A DNA stretch of 64,000 nt, taken from positions 54,312,001 through 54,376,000 of the forward strand of contig OX597814.1 in NCBI GenBank assembly GCA_951406725.2, in the 5' to 3' direction. The number at the start of each line of letters is the position of its first letter. The stretch's first letter is position 1. Positions 51,640 through 64,000 of the stretch are shown here, one piece after another. The translations under genes were made by a program, and so were the position numbers. The stretch comes from Octopus vulgaris. Its lineage: Eukaryota. The notes beneath the pieces were generated by a model, which was not told where the DNA came from, did not search any database, and worked only from the letters and a program-made list of their open reading frames with translations.

Positions 51640-51992
51640 GTTGCTTGCTTCAGTCATTCGACTGCAGACATGCTCGGACATCGCCGTGAAGAGCTTTAGT
51701 CGACTCCAGCACATTTTCCCAAGCCTGGTATTTATCTTATCGGTCTCTTTGTCGAACCACTAAGTTACAGGAATCTAAACAAACCAACATCGGTTGCTAA
51801 ACGTAGGTAGCACAAACACACACAAACATATATATACGATAGGCTTCTTTCATTTTCCGTCTACCAAATCCACTCACAAGGCTTTAATTGACCCGAGGCT
51901 ACGATAGAAGACACTTGTCCAAAGTGCCACGCAGTGGAATAGAACACAGAACCATGTTGTTAGGAAGTAAACTATTTACCACACAACCACCC
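51640..51992 (-). mobile_element. SINE family A
   Basis: Reverse homology to 741-1168. Confidence 0.85.
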
Positions 51993-52069
51993 CTGTGAAT
52001 TAAAAAAAAAAACATTGCGGAATCAAAATTTTTCATTTTAAATTTATAACTCCGAAAATTATTGGTTTC

Positions 52070-52272
52070 AAATTTTTGGCACCAGGCAAGCAACTTCAGG
52101 GAAAATAGTAAGTCGATTACACCGTCCCCAGTGCTCAACTGGTACTTATTTTATCGTCCCCGAAATGAAGAAAGGCAAAGTCACCATCGGCGGAATTTGA
52201 ACCCAGAACCTAAGGGCAAAATACCACTGAGCATGTTGCCCGGCATGCTAACGATTTATCCATCTTGCCACC
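52070..52272 (-). mobile_element. SINE family C
   Basis: Reverse homology to 49082-49292. Confidence 0.85.
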
Positions 52273-52304
52273 TTGTAACTCCTCGAAAAAAATATTGTTA
52301 GCGG

Positions 52305-52918
52305 ATCTGAAGAAACAACAGTTTGCTTTAACCCAAAGCTGAGATATCAGTCAGGCAGCAGTAAAAGCTAGCTACCTTGTTGCTAGAGAAATAACATTAC
52401 ATGAAAGCCGTACTGTGAGGGTGACTTCGTGAAAATAGGCATACTGAAAGTTGCAGAAATTGTATGCCCCGAGAAGCAACAGGCTTTTGCCAACATTAGC
52501 CTAACGAAAAACTGTGGCAAATAGGATTTCAGATCTTTCTGCAGATTTGGACAGGCAACTGAAGTACAAAGTCAAATCATTTATTATGTTTTCGGTTGCA
52601 GTTGATGAGAGCACGGACATTATGGATGTTGCGCAACAGACCATATTCATTCGTAGTGTAGACGAGACTTAGACCATCATCGTGGAGTTCCTGGAGTTGG
52701 TTGCCAAAATGGACATCACAACAACAATTGACATTTTCATCTCTCTTGTTGGAGCCCGTGCTGTCAGCGTGGCAACAGATGGCGCTCCATCAATGATTGG
52801 GGAAAAAGCAGGTGTTGTGACGCAGTTCAGAGAGAAAGTACAGACTGCAAATGGAGGACGTAATTTTGGGATATTTCGCTGCATTTTGCACTAGGAGGCA
52901 TTGTGATGCAAGTCTCAA
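52305..52918 (+). mobile_element. hAT (Buster/Charlie, GTF2IRD2-like) transposase remnant
   Basis: AVKASYLVAREI...AEIVCPEKQQAFANISLT...FSVAVDESTDI...EFLELV...VSVATDGAPSMIG...CILH*EAL: two catalytic Asp motifs plus CxxH. Confidence 0.92.
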
Positions 52919-53504
52919 ATTCCATCCACTATCGTTTGGAGAAAGGAATGTAGTGTTTAACATGCAAAAGACGTGTTGGCCACAGCTTGAACTCTTTTGA
53001 TCAAAGATTTGCTCGCTAAATAACAACAACAGCAACAGCAGCAGATCTAGCACTAAATAACAGCAACATATCTAGTATTTTAAAAATAAGTTTGTCAAAT
53101 GCTCATGGCTTTTGATGGCCTTCCTAGACAAGTGACATTAGTATGGCAGATGCGCAGCCGGGATCCCTTACGGCCAGGGTCTGCAGGGAAAACGTTGATT
53201 GAGAAAGAGAATTGGGAGTGGGTCTAGTGTGAGTGCAACAGAGTGACCTCCGTTTAAGACACTCAAGGATCAGTTTGAAGGAAAAAAGAAAATCCTCTAC
53301 AACTTCTTTACATTCTTGCTGATAAGCTATTTAAGGATGTGAATAGTTCATTCAAATTCACTGAAGAGAACATTTATGGGCAACTTCTTAGAAAACTAGA
53401 ACTTCTTTGACCAGATTATACATTTACATTTATATAATTATTAGTTAAGTTGCTGGTGTGACAAAATATGTAAATAATAATCCTGAAAAGATTGCAAGTG
53501 AAGA

Positions 53505-53770
53505 AAGAAGCTTGCTTTGCAACCATGTGACTTCGGATTCAGTCTCACTGAGCAGCACGTTGGCCGAATGTCTTCTGCTATAACTTCGAGTCGACCAATG
53601 TCTTGTGAGTGAATTTGGTAGACTCAAACTGTATAGAAGCCCGTAATAAATATATATGTGTGTATGTGTGTGATTGTATTTGTCTTCCACCACCGTTTAA
53701 TAACTGGCATTGCTTTGTTTACGTTCTGTAAACTTAGCAAAAGACACCGACAGAATAAGTACCAGAATTA
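53505..53770 (+). mobile_element. SINE family A, older copy
   Basis: AAGAAGCTTGCTTTGCAACCATGTG...AGAATAAGTACCAG homology. Confidence 0.8.
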
Positions 53771-54419
53771 CACACACACTTTGCCTTTCATCCTTTCGGG
53801 GTCGATAAATTAAGTACTAGTTGTGTACTGGAGTCGATCTAATCGACTGACCCTTTCCCCCAAAATGTCGGGCCTTTGTACCTAGAGTAGAAAAGCGGGG
53901 GAAGTGCTTCTAAGCATTTTGTCCGGCATGCTAACGATTCTACAAGCTCGTCGCCTTAGACCGTATTCAATCTAATATTAAATGTTGATATATAATATTT
54001 CTAAAAATTTAAGGAAAGCTTCATGAACCGATATTTAAACAATAAGTTAATCTTTAGATATACAGTATAGACAAAAGAAACAGCAAGGTATTAGAAAGAT
54101 CACTTTAGTAATAAATATCACTATATTCAAATTTCCGTTGCTTTTGTAATGAGGAAAATATAATATGCTCATCAAATCAACTAAACATTCACACAAGGAC
54201 AGAATTAAATACCGTCACGAAAAATAAGCTCATTTTCTAAAACCTCAAAACAACTACCGAACCAGTCTGAACAAACGCAAATACCTGAAGAACCAGACGC
54301 CTGTAGAGCTCCTTCTCCTACGCATAACTAACCAGGATGAATGCTTCAGTATATATGTATGTGTACAGAGGCATGTATATAAATGTGTACATAGGTAGAT
54401 TGGTGTCCATGAGTGCGTC

Positions 54420-54427
54420 AGTATATC

Positions 54428-54478
<51 letters not shown>

Positions 54479-54491
54479 ATCTATGTACATA

Positions 54492-54538
<47 letters not shown>

Positions 54539-54890
54539 CATACACATATATATACATATACTCATACACACACATTTATATATACATATACATGCATATA
54601 TAAACACACGTATATACATACACACAAACTCACACCCATATATATATATATATGTATATATATACATATCTATATACATACATATGCACACACACACGCA
54701 TATATACACACATACATATATATATACATTCATACACACACATACAAACATGTATGCATGTATGTATGCATGCATGTATGTATGCATGTATGTATGTATG
54801 CATGTATGTATGCATGTATGTATGTATGTATGTATGTATGTATGTATGTATGTATGTATGTATGTATGTATGTTTGTATGTATGTATGTG
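54420..54890. repeat. Compound (TA)/(CA)/(TATG)n low-complexity tract
   Basis: Directly visible; explains the 166-236 aa ORFs here. Confidence 0.95.
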
Positions 54891-54924
54891 CGTGCGTGCA
54901 CACATTCCTGTAATAAACGACAGA

Positions 54925-55185
54925 TGAGAGTTCCGCAAATTCTTGCTGAACAACCTGTACAGATGATTTTGTTTCTAGTGGTCAAATGTTTGTGCTGTAT
55001 ATTATTAGCTCACTCCCTCTGTCAAATCAACATTGCCTTTACAGGTGCACGGTGTACCATATGTCAGATGTCGAAACGATCGCAGGAGCAACGTGAAACG
55101 AACTGTTTCGTTCAAGAACACAACGCACCACCTGGCCCGGGAATCGAAACTACGATCTTGCGATCGTGTGTGCATCACTCTAATC
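54925..55185 (-). mobile_element. SINE family B variant
   Basis: Aligns with 41825-42068. Confidence 0.75.
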
Positions 55186-55457
55186 ACAAATGAAGGTGTA
55201 TCAAATACTATACAACAAATTTTAGATTTATTAAAAATTGCCTAGGGTGTGTCAATTAAGAATTGGTAGTTGAGACCAGATTCATATGAGAAGGGGAGAT
55301 AACCTCAACAATCAAGAATTTACCAAAGCCGACATGCCATTAAGGAAAAGAACAGCTATTGTCGGGAGATAAGAGCTGAGTGATGTACACGTGTTTCTGT
55401 CTTAATAGGTATTATCAACATTACAGTTGTCGTACCTTATCTTTAACAACCAAGGGA

Positions 55458-55885
<428 letters not shown>

Positions 55886-55934
55886 AGAATATATATATAT
55901 ATATATATAAAAGAGCAGAGCATTTATGGCCCTA

Positions 55935-56215
55935 GTAATTTGCGTAATCTAAGCAAAAAGGTCCCTCATCTGGTATGTTGCATGCTGTGACATTTTCCTT
56001 AGCAGAGGAGTTGTCATAGCATGTGACATACAAGGTGAGTAGCCTACCGCTTCGGAATGGGAAAATTGTCATACTGTCAGGCCTTTTACCGTCCCTCGTT
56101 CTAGCCACGCTGTCTCGAACCGGGAGAGAAGCCTGCAGTGTCAGGACCATGCTTCATGATCTCGTTGACAGCAGCCAGGCATGGAAGGCGGCCAGCGCTA
56201 TAATGGCATGACAGT
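55935..56215 (-). mobile_element. CRE-like non-LTR REL endonuclease fragment
   Basis: AVNEIMKHG...RTRDGKRPDSMTIFPFRSGRLLTLYVTC matches the DGKRPDGxT...P...G..L.WDVTC pattern. Confidence 0.8.
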
Positions 56216-57020
56216 AGCAGTGGCATGTATTTGAAAAACATAGAGAAGTACAAGTACAGACGTATGAAATACCATGCAACATAAATTCTTGATTCATTAA
56301 AATCACCCCCGCCTCTAGAGGATGCGTCATAATTTACAAATGGCAATCAAAACTAGCTCCATTATGTATGCCTGTGTGTGTGCGTGCCTGCGTGTGTGTA
56401 TATATATATGAAATAATAATAATAATAATAAAAATGAAATTCGGTTTGGCCGTCTGGGACCCCTATATCTCAGTCGATATTTACTATACATAGACATATA
56501 CCTTTTTGAAATCAAGATGATCCAGCATTGGGATCTGATTTAAAATCATTTGGGTTGCTATTTGTAGCAGGTAATGCTTGGCTGATTCACGCCATCTTGT
56601 TTGGCGTTTGTCAGATGACGTCAGAGATCAAGTGGGAGATAAATGATATTCACTTCGTTAATTTTACGTCGAGATAAGAATTTGGGACAAATTGGCTAAC
56701 AGTTGGAATTCAAATTGAGACTGGAACAATAGAATGATTGCATTACAGAATTAATTCTAATCCGTCCTTAATCTTTGATCAAACACCACCGGGACATACA
56801 GTCACTTTATACGTATTATAGTCATGCTATTTTGGCTCTCTTTAATTTGGGGCTGCAGGCACAATTAGCTTCCCGCAGGAGCTAGGGTAAAAGTCTGCAC
56901 GGAGTGCTCCTTTTAAGTTAGTGTAGGCGTGGCTGTGTGGTAAGAAGCTTGCTTACCAACCACGTGGTTCCAGGTTCAAGTGTAAGAGACTACAGATAAA
57001 TCTGTGAATTCTGCTGATTA

Positions 57021-57130
57021 CCGTATTTTAACGTGTATAAGGAACCCTCGTGTGTAAGAAAGCCCCTAATTTGGGGGGCTTAAAATTTGGAAAAACGTTT
57101 TGTAAGGGATTATAATACTATCCATTACGG
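57021..57130. mobile_element. Short Tc2/pogo-like MITE
   Basis: TA-CCGTA...TACGG-TA ends, same terminal type as 21117-21629. Confidence 0.6.
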
Positions 57131-57254
57131 TAATTCTTCATGAAATAGTTTTCTAAATTTGATGAAAGGCCCTGCCTAAATTATCGTATCTTTTCTCTTC
57201 CTTACAACAAAGAAATATCCAAAAAGGTTTGTCAGTCTGCCTCATGGTCTAAGC

Positions 57255-57561
57255 CAGTAGTTCCCAAACTTTTTCGGGATGCCGCTCCCTTCATAGCCAG
57301 GCCACATTCCTAGCGCCCCTACACCAAGTAACTATCACAAACATAGATCTCTTTCTGAAGCAAATTCAAAGCAGCTGTATTTCACAAATAAAACTTAACC
57401 TAATGAACCCATTGTTTTGTTGTTTTTACATGAATCGCTACCCCATTATCGCTCCATTTTTTTACATGGATCACTATTCCATTATTGCCCCATTTTATCA
57501 CCGCTCCTTGGAACTTTCCACTGCCCCAGGGGAGCAATACCACCCACTTTGGGAACTACTG
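57255..57561. mobile_element. hAT MITE
   Basis: Perfect 14-bp TIR CAGTAGTTCCCAAA; 8-bp TSD GTCTAAGC / GTCTTAGC. Confidence 0.92.
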
Positions 57562-58481
57562 GTCTTAGCGGACGAATTAGAAAAGGCGTTGCCCTGGATG
57601 ATGGTGAGGGAGATGCGTTGGAACAGCCCCTGACTCACGGGGCTCGCACTTGTGGATAGCTATCTCCGCTCCGATAGCGGTGAGCAAGGATGTGGTCTGG
57701 GAGCCGAGAACGCTGGAGGTCTCCACTGCCACAGTTTGTCTAAGCTCTTTCATTGCTACTTGCAACTTTTCCGATGACTTTCTTCTAAGTCCGTTACGGA
57801 AGCCGTCTTTGCTTGAGACTTGTTGCATGCATGTGTGCGCGTATGCTTGCGTATGTATGTATGTATGTATGTATGTATGTATGTATGTATGTATGTATGT
57901 ATGTATGTATGTATGTATGTATGTATGTATGTATGTATTCTTCTGCGTATTCATGCGTGTATACAGGGGAGCCAGAAAGAAATTAGATAACATCGTATGT
58001 AATGATGCCAGTGGTACCCGTCCTAGATACCGAAGTAAAGATTGGAATAGTAAACAGAAGATTTGTGATAAAACAGAGCGAACACGTGGTATAAGGCTGG
58101 TAAAAACCAAGGAGTGATGTTTGTAGAGAGCCCCGTAACGAACTAAGAAAGTCATTGAAAATTTTGCAAGTAGCAATGAAATAGTTTTGACAAACAAGAA
58201 AAAAAAAAAAAAGAACCCCCCCCCAAAAAAAAAACTAACAAACAATGACTTACTGTTTACTCAAAGTAAACAAGCAATCGATTAGTTAGTTGGATATTTA
58301 ACCAATTGACTAATAATAAAGGAGTGGAGTTGAACCATAGTGTGTGTTAATAATATTGCCATAATGACTCTCGCTAGACAGTACAATGGTGTAAAAATAA
58401 AAATTGAACAATTAAACTTGCTTTGTTGTAGCAAAACTGTTTTTTATCGGTTTAAGCTCTGATGTTTGTGTATTATAAATA

Positions 58482-60200
58482 CTCGCCGAGGGCATACAGA
58501 CACTTGGATATCATCTCGTAATACACCAGCGACATTCGTCATATAGCCAGATCTGCAAACATATCTGCTGATGCATTATCCAGACTTCCCGTGTGTTCAC
58601 TTTCGTCTCCTGCACACATCGATTTGGTTGCTATCGCCACAGACCAACCTTCTTTGGACACTTCTTCCAACCAATATTCCTGTTGCAGATTTGAATACTC
58701 ACCCCTTTCCGTCTGCTGAAGGACGGATCCTTTGTGACATCTCTACCGGCTCACCTAGACCGCTTCTCCCACATCGTCATCAGCGTACCGTTTTCGGTAC
58801 TCTTCATTCCTTGTCGCATCCCGGCATAGCCGCCACAGTAAAGCTCATTACAGCCCGTTCCTTCTGGCCTAACATGCGCCGTATAATCAGCAGTTCGACA
58901 CGTTCTTGTTTGCAGTGTCAACTCACCAAGGTCCATCGACATGTTCGTGCTCCTTTCGGAAAATTCAGCCCATCAGGCGCTCGTTTCCGTCATGTCCACA
59001 TCGACATTGTTGGACCCTGGCCCGTTAGTCGCGGTTTCACATACACCTTGACTTGCATCGATCGTTCCTCTCGATGGCCTGAATCCATACCTCTAATTGA
59101 CATCACAACCAAATCCGTCGCCCAAGCGTTCATTTCTAATTGGGTGGCGCACTTTGGTGTCCTATCTAAAATAACCGCTGATAGGGGACGCCAGTTCGAA
59201 GCTTCTTTATTCCGTGAAATATCATAACTCTTGGATGCTCATCGAATTCATAGAACAAGTTATCACTCAGCTTCCAATGGAATGATAGAACGATTCTATA
59301 GACAGTTAAAAGCTACACTACGCGCTACTCCTGATCCGCAACGTTGGACCGAATTCCCACCAATTGTTCTCCTTGGTTGCCGTTCCGCTGTTAAGACAGA
59401 TTTAGGTTTCTCCTCAGCCGAACTTCTTTACGGCACCACCTTGATGCTTCCCGGTCAAATGCTCACACCAGTTGATTCATTATACGTCAACTGAATTCGT
59501 TCTTACTTCTCAAATCTTCCACCAATGTCTCCGCCATTTCTTCTGCTGTCCCATCAGACATCTCTAAGTGAACACATGTTTTTACTCGGAACGATTCCGT
59601 TAAAGGACCTCTTACATCACCTTATTCTTGACCTTATCGTGTACTGTCGCACTCACCAAAAAATTCATAGTCGACGTTAATGGTCGAAAAGAAACAATAT
59701 CCATCGACAGAATAAAGAAGGCTTTCTCAGAAAATCTCATTCCAGAACCTGACATTCACTCCTACACCAACATCGCCACATGCACCGCAAACACAACATA
59801 CTTCTAAACCGTATATCACAAGAAGTGGCATAACAGTACATTGGCCACAAAAAATTATCCAGAACTGTTTATATTTAACGTTGTGCTACAAAACAAACTG
59901 TTTACTATAGCTTTTACAAAAGAACGTTTGTTCAAAAACATTTTTCCCATGCATGCTTTTCATCGTATTTTTCATACTGCCATGTTTTGCATTTAGTTTG
60001 ATGTGCACAGCTATGTAGCTAAAGGTTTGCTGCACCAAATTCTGCAATTATATTCAGTACCTATCACAATGCATGTACTGATTTTCTCCTATTTTACTAC
60101 TTGTTTCTCAAGCACATGTTTCTGCTACCTCGTTTTGCTTCGTATCTGCTCTGGATCACTACAATGATTTTGCTTATCGACTTCTCGCCTGAGGAGGGAG
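58482..60200 (+). mobile_element. Ty3/Gypsy LTR retrotransposon internal 3' part (RNase H end, integrase; pseudogenised)
   Basis: DIRHIARSANISADALSR; HSLSHPG...FWPNM...CLQCQ (HHCC); HVHIDIVGP...TADRGRQF...SNGMIERF (D,D,E); stop at 59225; polypurine tract GAGGAGGGAG at 60191-60200. Confidence 0.93.
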
Positions 60201-60203
60201 TTG

Positions 60204-60660
60204 TGTAGTGATCCCTGGCGGTCAAGCAGGAATGCAAAACAAAAAAGGGATCTAACGAGAGTAATCTCCCTCGACCTTCTCGAACATTCTGGAAGCTTCG
60301 AATTAACTTCTGGATAACGTGGAAGACAGGGACTTCCGGGCCATCCCTTATATAAAGGAAAACATTTCTAATTTCGCTCCACTCTTACCTGTCGGTTCCT
60401 AGACATGCATTGAATCACGCCACCCGCATATGTTCGCCTTATTTGCTTTCAAACATGTGGTTGCAAAATATGTTCATGTGATGTTACAAGCTTATCCTTC
60501 AATTAACCTTATATGTTCACGCATTGCATCCAATAATAAATATGTTATGACTTATTACGAATGTCTTGCAAATTCTTATTTTCTTGTCGTTTACGTACCA
60601 GATGGTAACCCCTATTTCTCGCATGCACTTATGAAAATTATAGGATGTCACTTACTGACA
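60204..60660 (+). mobile_element. 3' LTR of the Gypsy element
   Basis: Starts TGTAGTGATCC just after the PPT; TATAAA at ~60352; AATAAA at ~60535; imperfect inverted end GGATGTCACTTAC. Confidence 0.75.
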
Positions 60661-60699
60661 ATCACTATAAGGGTAAGACCATTCAAATATTCATAAGTC

Positions 60700-60893
60700 C
60701 TTCTTTGGCTCTTCGGAGAGGTGGTTAGCCGATTACAGCGACCCCAGTGCTCAAATGGTACTTATTTTACTGACTCCGAAATGATAAAAAGCAAAGTCGA
60801 TCTTGGCGGAATTTGAATTCAGAACGTTAGGATGGGCGATATACCACTAAGTATTTGCCTGGCGTGCTAACGATTCTGCCAGCACGCCGCCTT
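60700..60893 (-). mobile_element. SINE family C
   Basis: Reverse homology to 49082-49292. Confidence 0.85.
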
Positions 60894-61064
60894 CAAAGTA
60901 TGGTCATATCTACCACTTAACGTATTTGATTCTTGCTCTGTAAAGAGATATTTCATGAAATACGTGAAACAATTAAGGAAATCAGAATCGTTAGCACGCC
61001 AGGCGAAGTGCTTAGAAAGTTAGAAAATTAGAAAATTTGTTCAAACAGTTGAGTAATATACATT

Positions 61065-62130
61065 AACACATACAAACGCTTATGCTTGTCCATACATATT
61101 GACTCATATTTTTTTTTATAAATTTCAAATTTCTTTCATTTTGGAGGAAAAAAGAAACACGTTCAGATATACAAACAACACTTTTAATTTCAACTTCCGT
61201 CATTTTTTAATTTCATTTTTCCCTGAACACATACAAATACTTATGCATACATATACATTTTTACTCAAATTTTTTCAAAAAAAATTTCTTTTTTTTTGCT
61301 TTTTGAAATTTCAAGTTTCATTTTGTTGAGAGAGAAAAAAATCGCTTTCAGATATAAAAATAATACTTTTACTTTCAACTTCCGTCATTTTTGAAAACTT
61401 CATTTTGCCCTGATCACACACAAACGCTTAAGCCTGCACATACATGTTATCTCATTTTTTAAAAATTTAGTGTGTTTTTTTTTCTTTAATAAATTTCAAG
61501 TTTCCTTCATTTTGAATTAAAAACAAAACACTTTCAGATAACTTTTAATTTCAACTTCCGTCATTTTTTAACCTCATTTTTCCTTGAACATATTACAAAC
61601 ACTTCTGCATGTATATACATATCGACTCAAGTCTTTTTTCCAAAATTTCTGTTTTTATTTTATTATATTTATTTTTTAAATTTCAAGTTTCATTTTGTAG
61701 AAGAAAAACGCTTTCAGATATAAAAATAACACTTTTTCTTTCAACATCCGTCATTTTGTTTTTACTTCATTTTGCCCTGATCACACACATAAACACTTGT
61801 GCATGCACAAGCATGTCAACTCAAATTTCTTTTCAAAATTTCATTTTTTTTTATAAATGTCAAGTTTCCTTCATTTTATAGGAAAAAAAGAAACACTTTC
61901 AGATATAAAAATAACACTTTTAATTTCAACTTCCGTCATTTTTTGACCTCATTTTCCCCTGCAAACATACACTTATACATGCATATACATATTGACTCAA
62001 TTTTTTTCAAAATTTACTATTTTTTAAAAATTTCAAGTTTTATTTTGTAATAAGAAAAAAACACTTTCAGATATAAAAATAGCTCATTAACTTTCAACTT
62101 CTGTCATTTTTTAAAATCTCATTTTGCCCA
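61065..62130. repeat. Tandem array of six ~170-186-bp units
   Basis: TTCAGATA...TTTCAAC(T/A)TC(C/T)GTCATTTT anchors at 61162, 61347, 61533, 61713, 61898 and 62066. Confidence 0.9.
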
Positions 62131-62399
62131 TGAAATCTTTTTAAGAAGGTGAATACGATGCTAATACTAATTTTTGAATGCATTATTTTTTTTCATTATT
62201 TTTATCACAGACTTAATAATCTCTCTCTTTTCAACAAACCCAAAAGTAACCTATCCTGTATGCAGTCAGTTCGCATGCTAGAAATAGCAACATTCACGTG
62301 GGTATGTTTTAAGGCCTACAGCATATCAAAAGTAGCCATACCAACCAATTCATTTGTCATATTTGATTTCAAATTTATGCTAGTATGTATTATGTCTTA

Positions 62400-62645
62400 T
62401 GTGTTTCAGTCAATGAGCTGTAACCATGCGGAAGCACCACAATTTGGTCGAACAAATCGACTGCAGTGCTTACTTTTTTAAAGCCTACCATTTTCACTTT
62501 TGCCAAATCACTAAAGTACTGGGATATAAACAAACCAACACCGGTTGTCAAGTGGTGGTGGTGGTGGTGGCTATAGTAGGAGACACTTGCTCATGTACCA
62601 TGCAGTGGGACTGAACCCAGAACCATGTGGTTGGGAAGCAAACAT
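62400..62645 (-). mobile_element. SINE family A with internal deletion
   Basis: Reverse homology to both the head and the tail of 741-1168. Confidence 0.8.
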
Positions 62646-63179
62646 ATGAAGAAACAAAGTCGAGGTGCGGGAAATATCTACCTTCCTCCAATTTTTTCTC
62701 CAATAAATTCCGATATATTGGTAATTGATGCCACCTGGAAGGTATTTGCAGAAAATTTCATTACGAAAACTCAATTTTCAGTAAGTTGTGAGGAAACAAA
62801 GGCGACATAGGAATTTTCCGAATCTCCTCACCCTACCTCATCACAAAATATTTTTCTAACAAATTCCTTTATAATCGTAATCTGTACCGTTTCAAAGGTA
62901 TTTTTATAACATTTCATCAAAAAATACCTATTTTTCTGAAAGCTAGGAGAAAAAAATAGTGGGGTCGTGTGAATTTTCCAAAACTCCTCGCACCATCACA
63001 TCGGAAAAAAAAATTTTCCTTACAAATTCATATACAGTTGCAATCTACAGCATCTGAAAAGTATTTGATGAAAATTTTGTTAAATGTATATACTGAGAAA
63101 AAATTGTATATATGAGGAAAAATTCGGAGTAAGGGGCGCTCTTGTGTAGGTATGCCTATACTCCTTTATATATACATAA

Positions 63180-63216
<37 letters not shown>

Positions 63217-63613
63217 CTAGCTGTATCGCCCGGCGTTGCTCGGGTTTGTAATGGAAATAACTATATAAGCATTTTTAGAGAGTTATAGCCAAAAAATAGG
63301 AAAAAAATGCATTAAAAATGGAAAAAAAATTATGGTAAATTTTTTTTTAAATCGTTGACTTATCGTAGACATTTTTAGAGAGTTACTTCCCTTATATAAT
63401 AGCAAAAGAATGCATTAAAATGAAAAAAATGATGGTAATTTTTTTTTTAAATCGTAGACTCATCGTAGACGCACGATAATACCCAGAAGGGCTCGATATG
63501 AATCACGACTATAAGATACCCGGTTTTGGTTAAACTGCACCGCAAAATGTGGGAGTAGTTAGGAATCTAAATCGTAGGAGACAGACACACAACTTCACTT
63601 TTATATATAAAGA
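63217..63613 (-). mobile_element. Complete non-autonomous Helitron
   Basis: Minus strand A|TCTTTATATATAAAAG...CCCGAGCAACGCCGGG hairpin...CTAG|T: canonical 5'-TC, 3' hairpin plus CTAG, AT target, no TSD. Confidence 0.9.
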
Positions 63614-64000
63614 TATATAACAAAGTTTTTTTTATTCCACACGGGTAGAAACATAGGAAAAATAGAAGTTGAAAATGCACTGAGGATAGTTAAAATGTTT
63701 TTTATTAATAATATATTTAAAGCTTTAACCGGTTTCACAGTTTACACTGATTTTCAAAAAGTTCAAATAGAAAGACGTGGCTTATGTTGCAGCTGTCTTG
63801 CTTCTGAATTTCTTTATCGCCTATAAAAAGGCATATATAGAAGATACAGAACAGGGGGGGGGGCGAAACAAGGACAATATTACAGCGGGCTGGGGTTACA
63901 ACAATTTAAAATTTGGATGAAATCGGAATGAAAAATGCAATTTTAAATCGAAAATAAAAAATGCAATTCTAAATCCAAAATGAAAACCGCGATTAAAAAT

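Noticed and set aside
58571-59494. Intact or domesticated integrase gene
   Set aside because: In-frame stop at 59225, upstream frameshift, and an attached PPT and LTR; an ordinary decaying Gypsy copy

Overview
Eukaryotic, AT-rich, microsatellite-dense genomic DNA. The SINE families and repeat landscape look like a coleoid cephalopod (Octopus); this is an inference from recalled repeat sequences, not a database match. There is no operon, CRISPR array, rRNA or intact long CDS, and most tracked ORFs are microsatellite artefacts. The window is mostly transposable-element debris: three tRNA-derived SINE families (30+ copies); LINE remnants of the CR1/Jockey-like, RTE, R4/Dong-like, CRE-like and L1/Tx1 types; a Gypsy integrase plus 3' LTR; Helitron helicase remnants and one complete non-autonomous Helitron; Tigger, mariner and hAT transposase remnants; and several TIR/TSD-bounded MITEs. 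The best host-gene signal is a minus-strand first coding exon at 13711-13782, next to an apparent switch from CpG-depleted DNA (left, probable methylated gene body) to CpG-retaining DNA (right). The most interesting items are: (1) an L1/Tx1-type ORF1-only element bounded by a 23-bp target-site duplication (HAL1-like); (2) a 6-bp-TSD MITE with a hairpin whose loop carries TTAGGG; (3) REL-endonuclease LINEs and SINE stacks sitting in specific microsatellites; (4) decayed minimal hammerhead motifs; (5) a dimeric ~180-bp satellite; (6) an unidentified decayed reading frame at 44.8-46.0 kb. Most boundaries were read by eye and are approximate unless a TSD is given.
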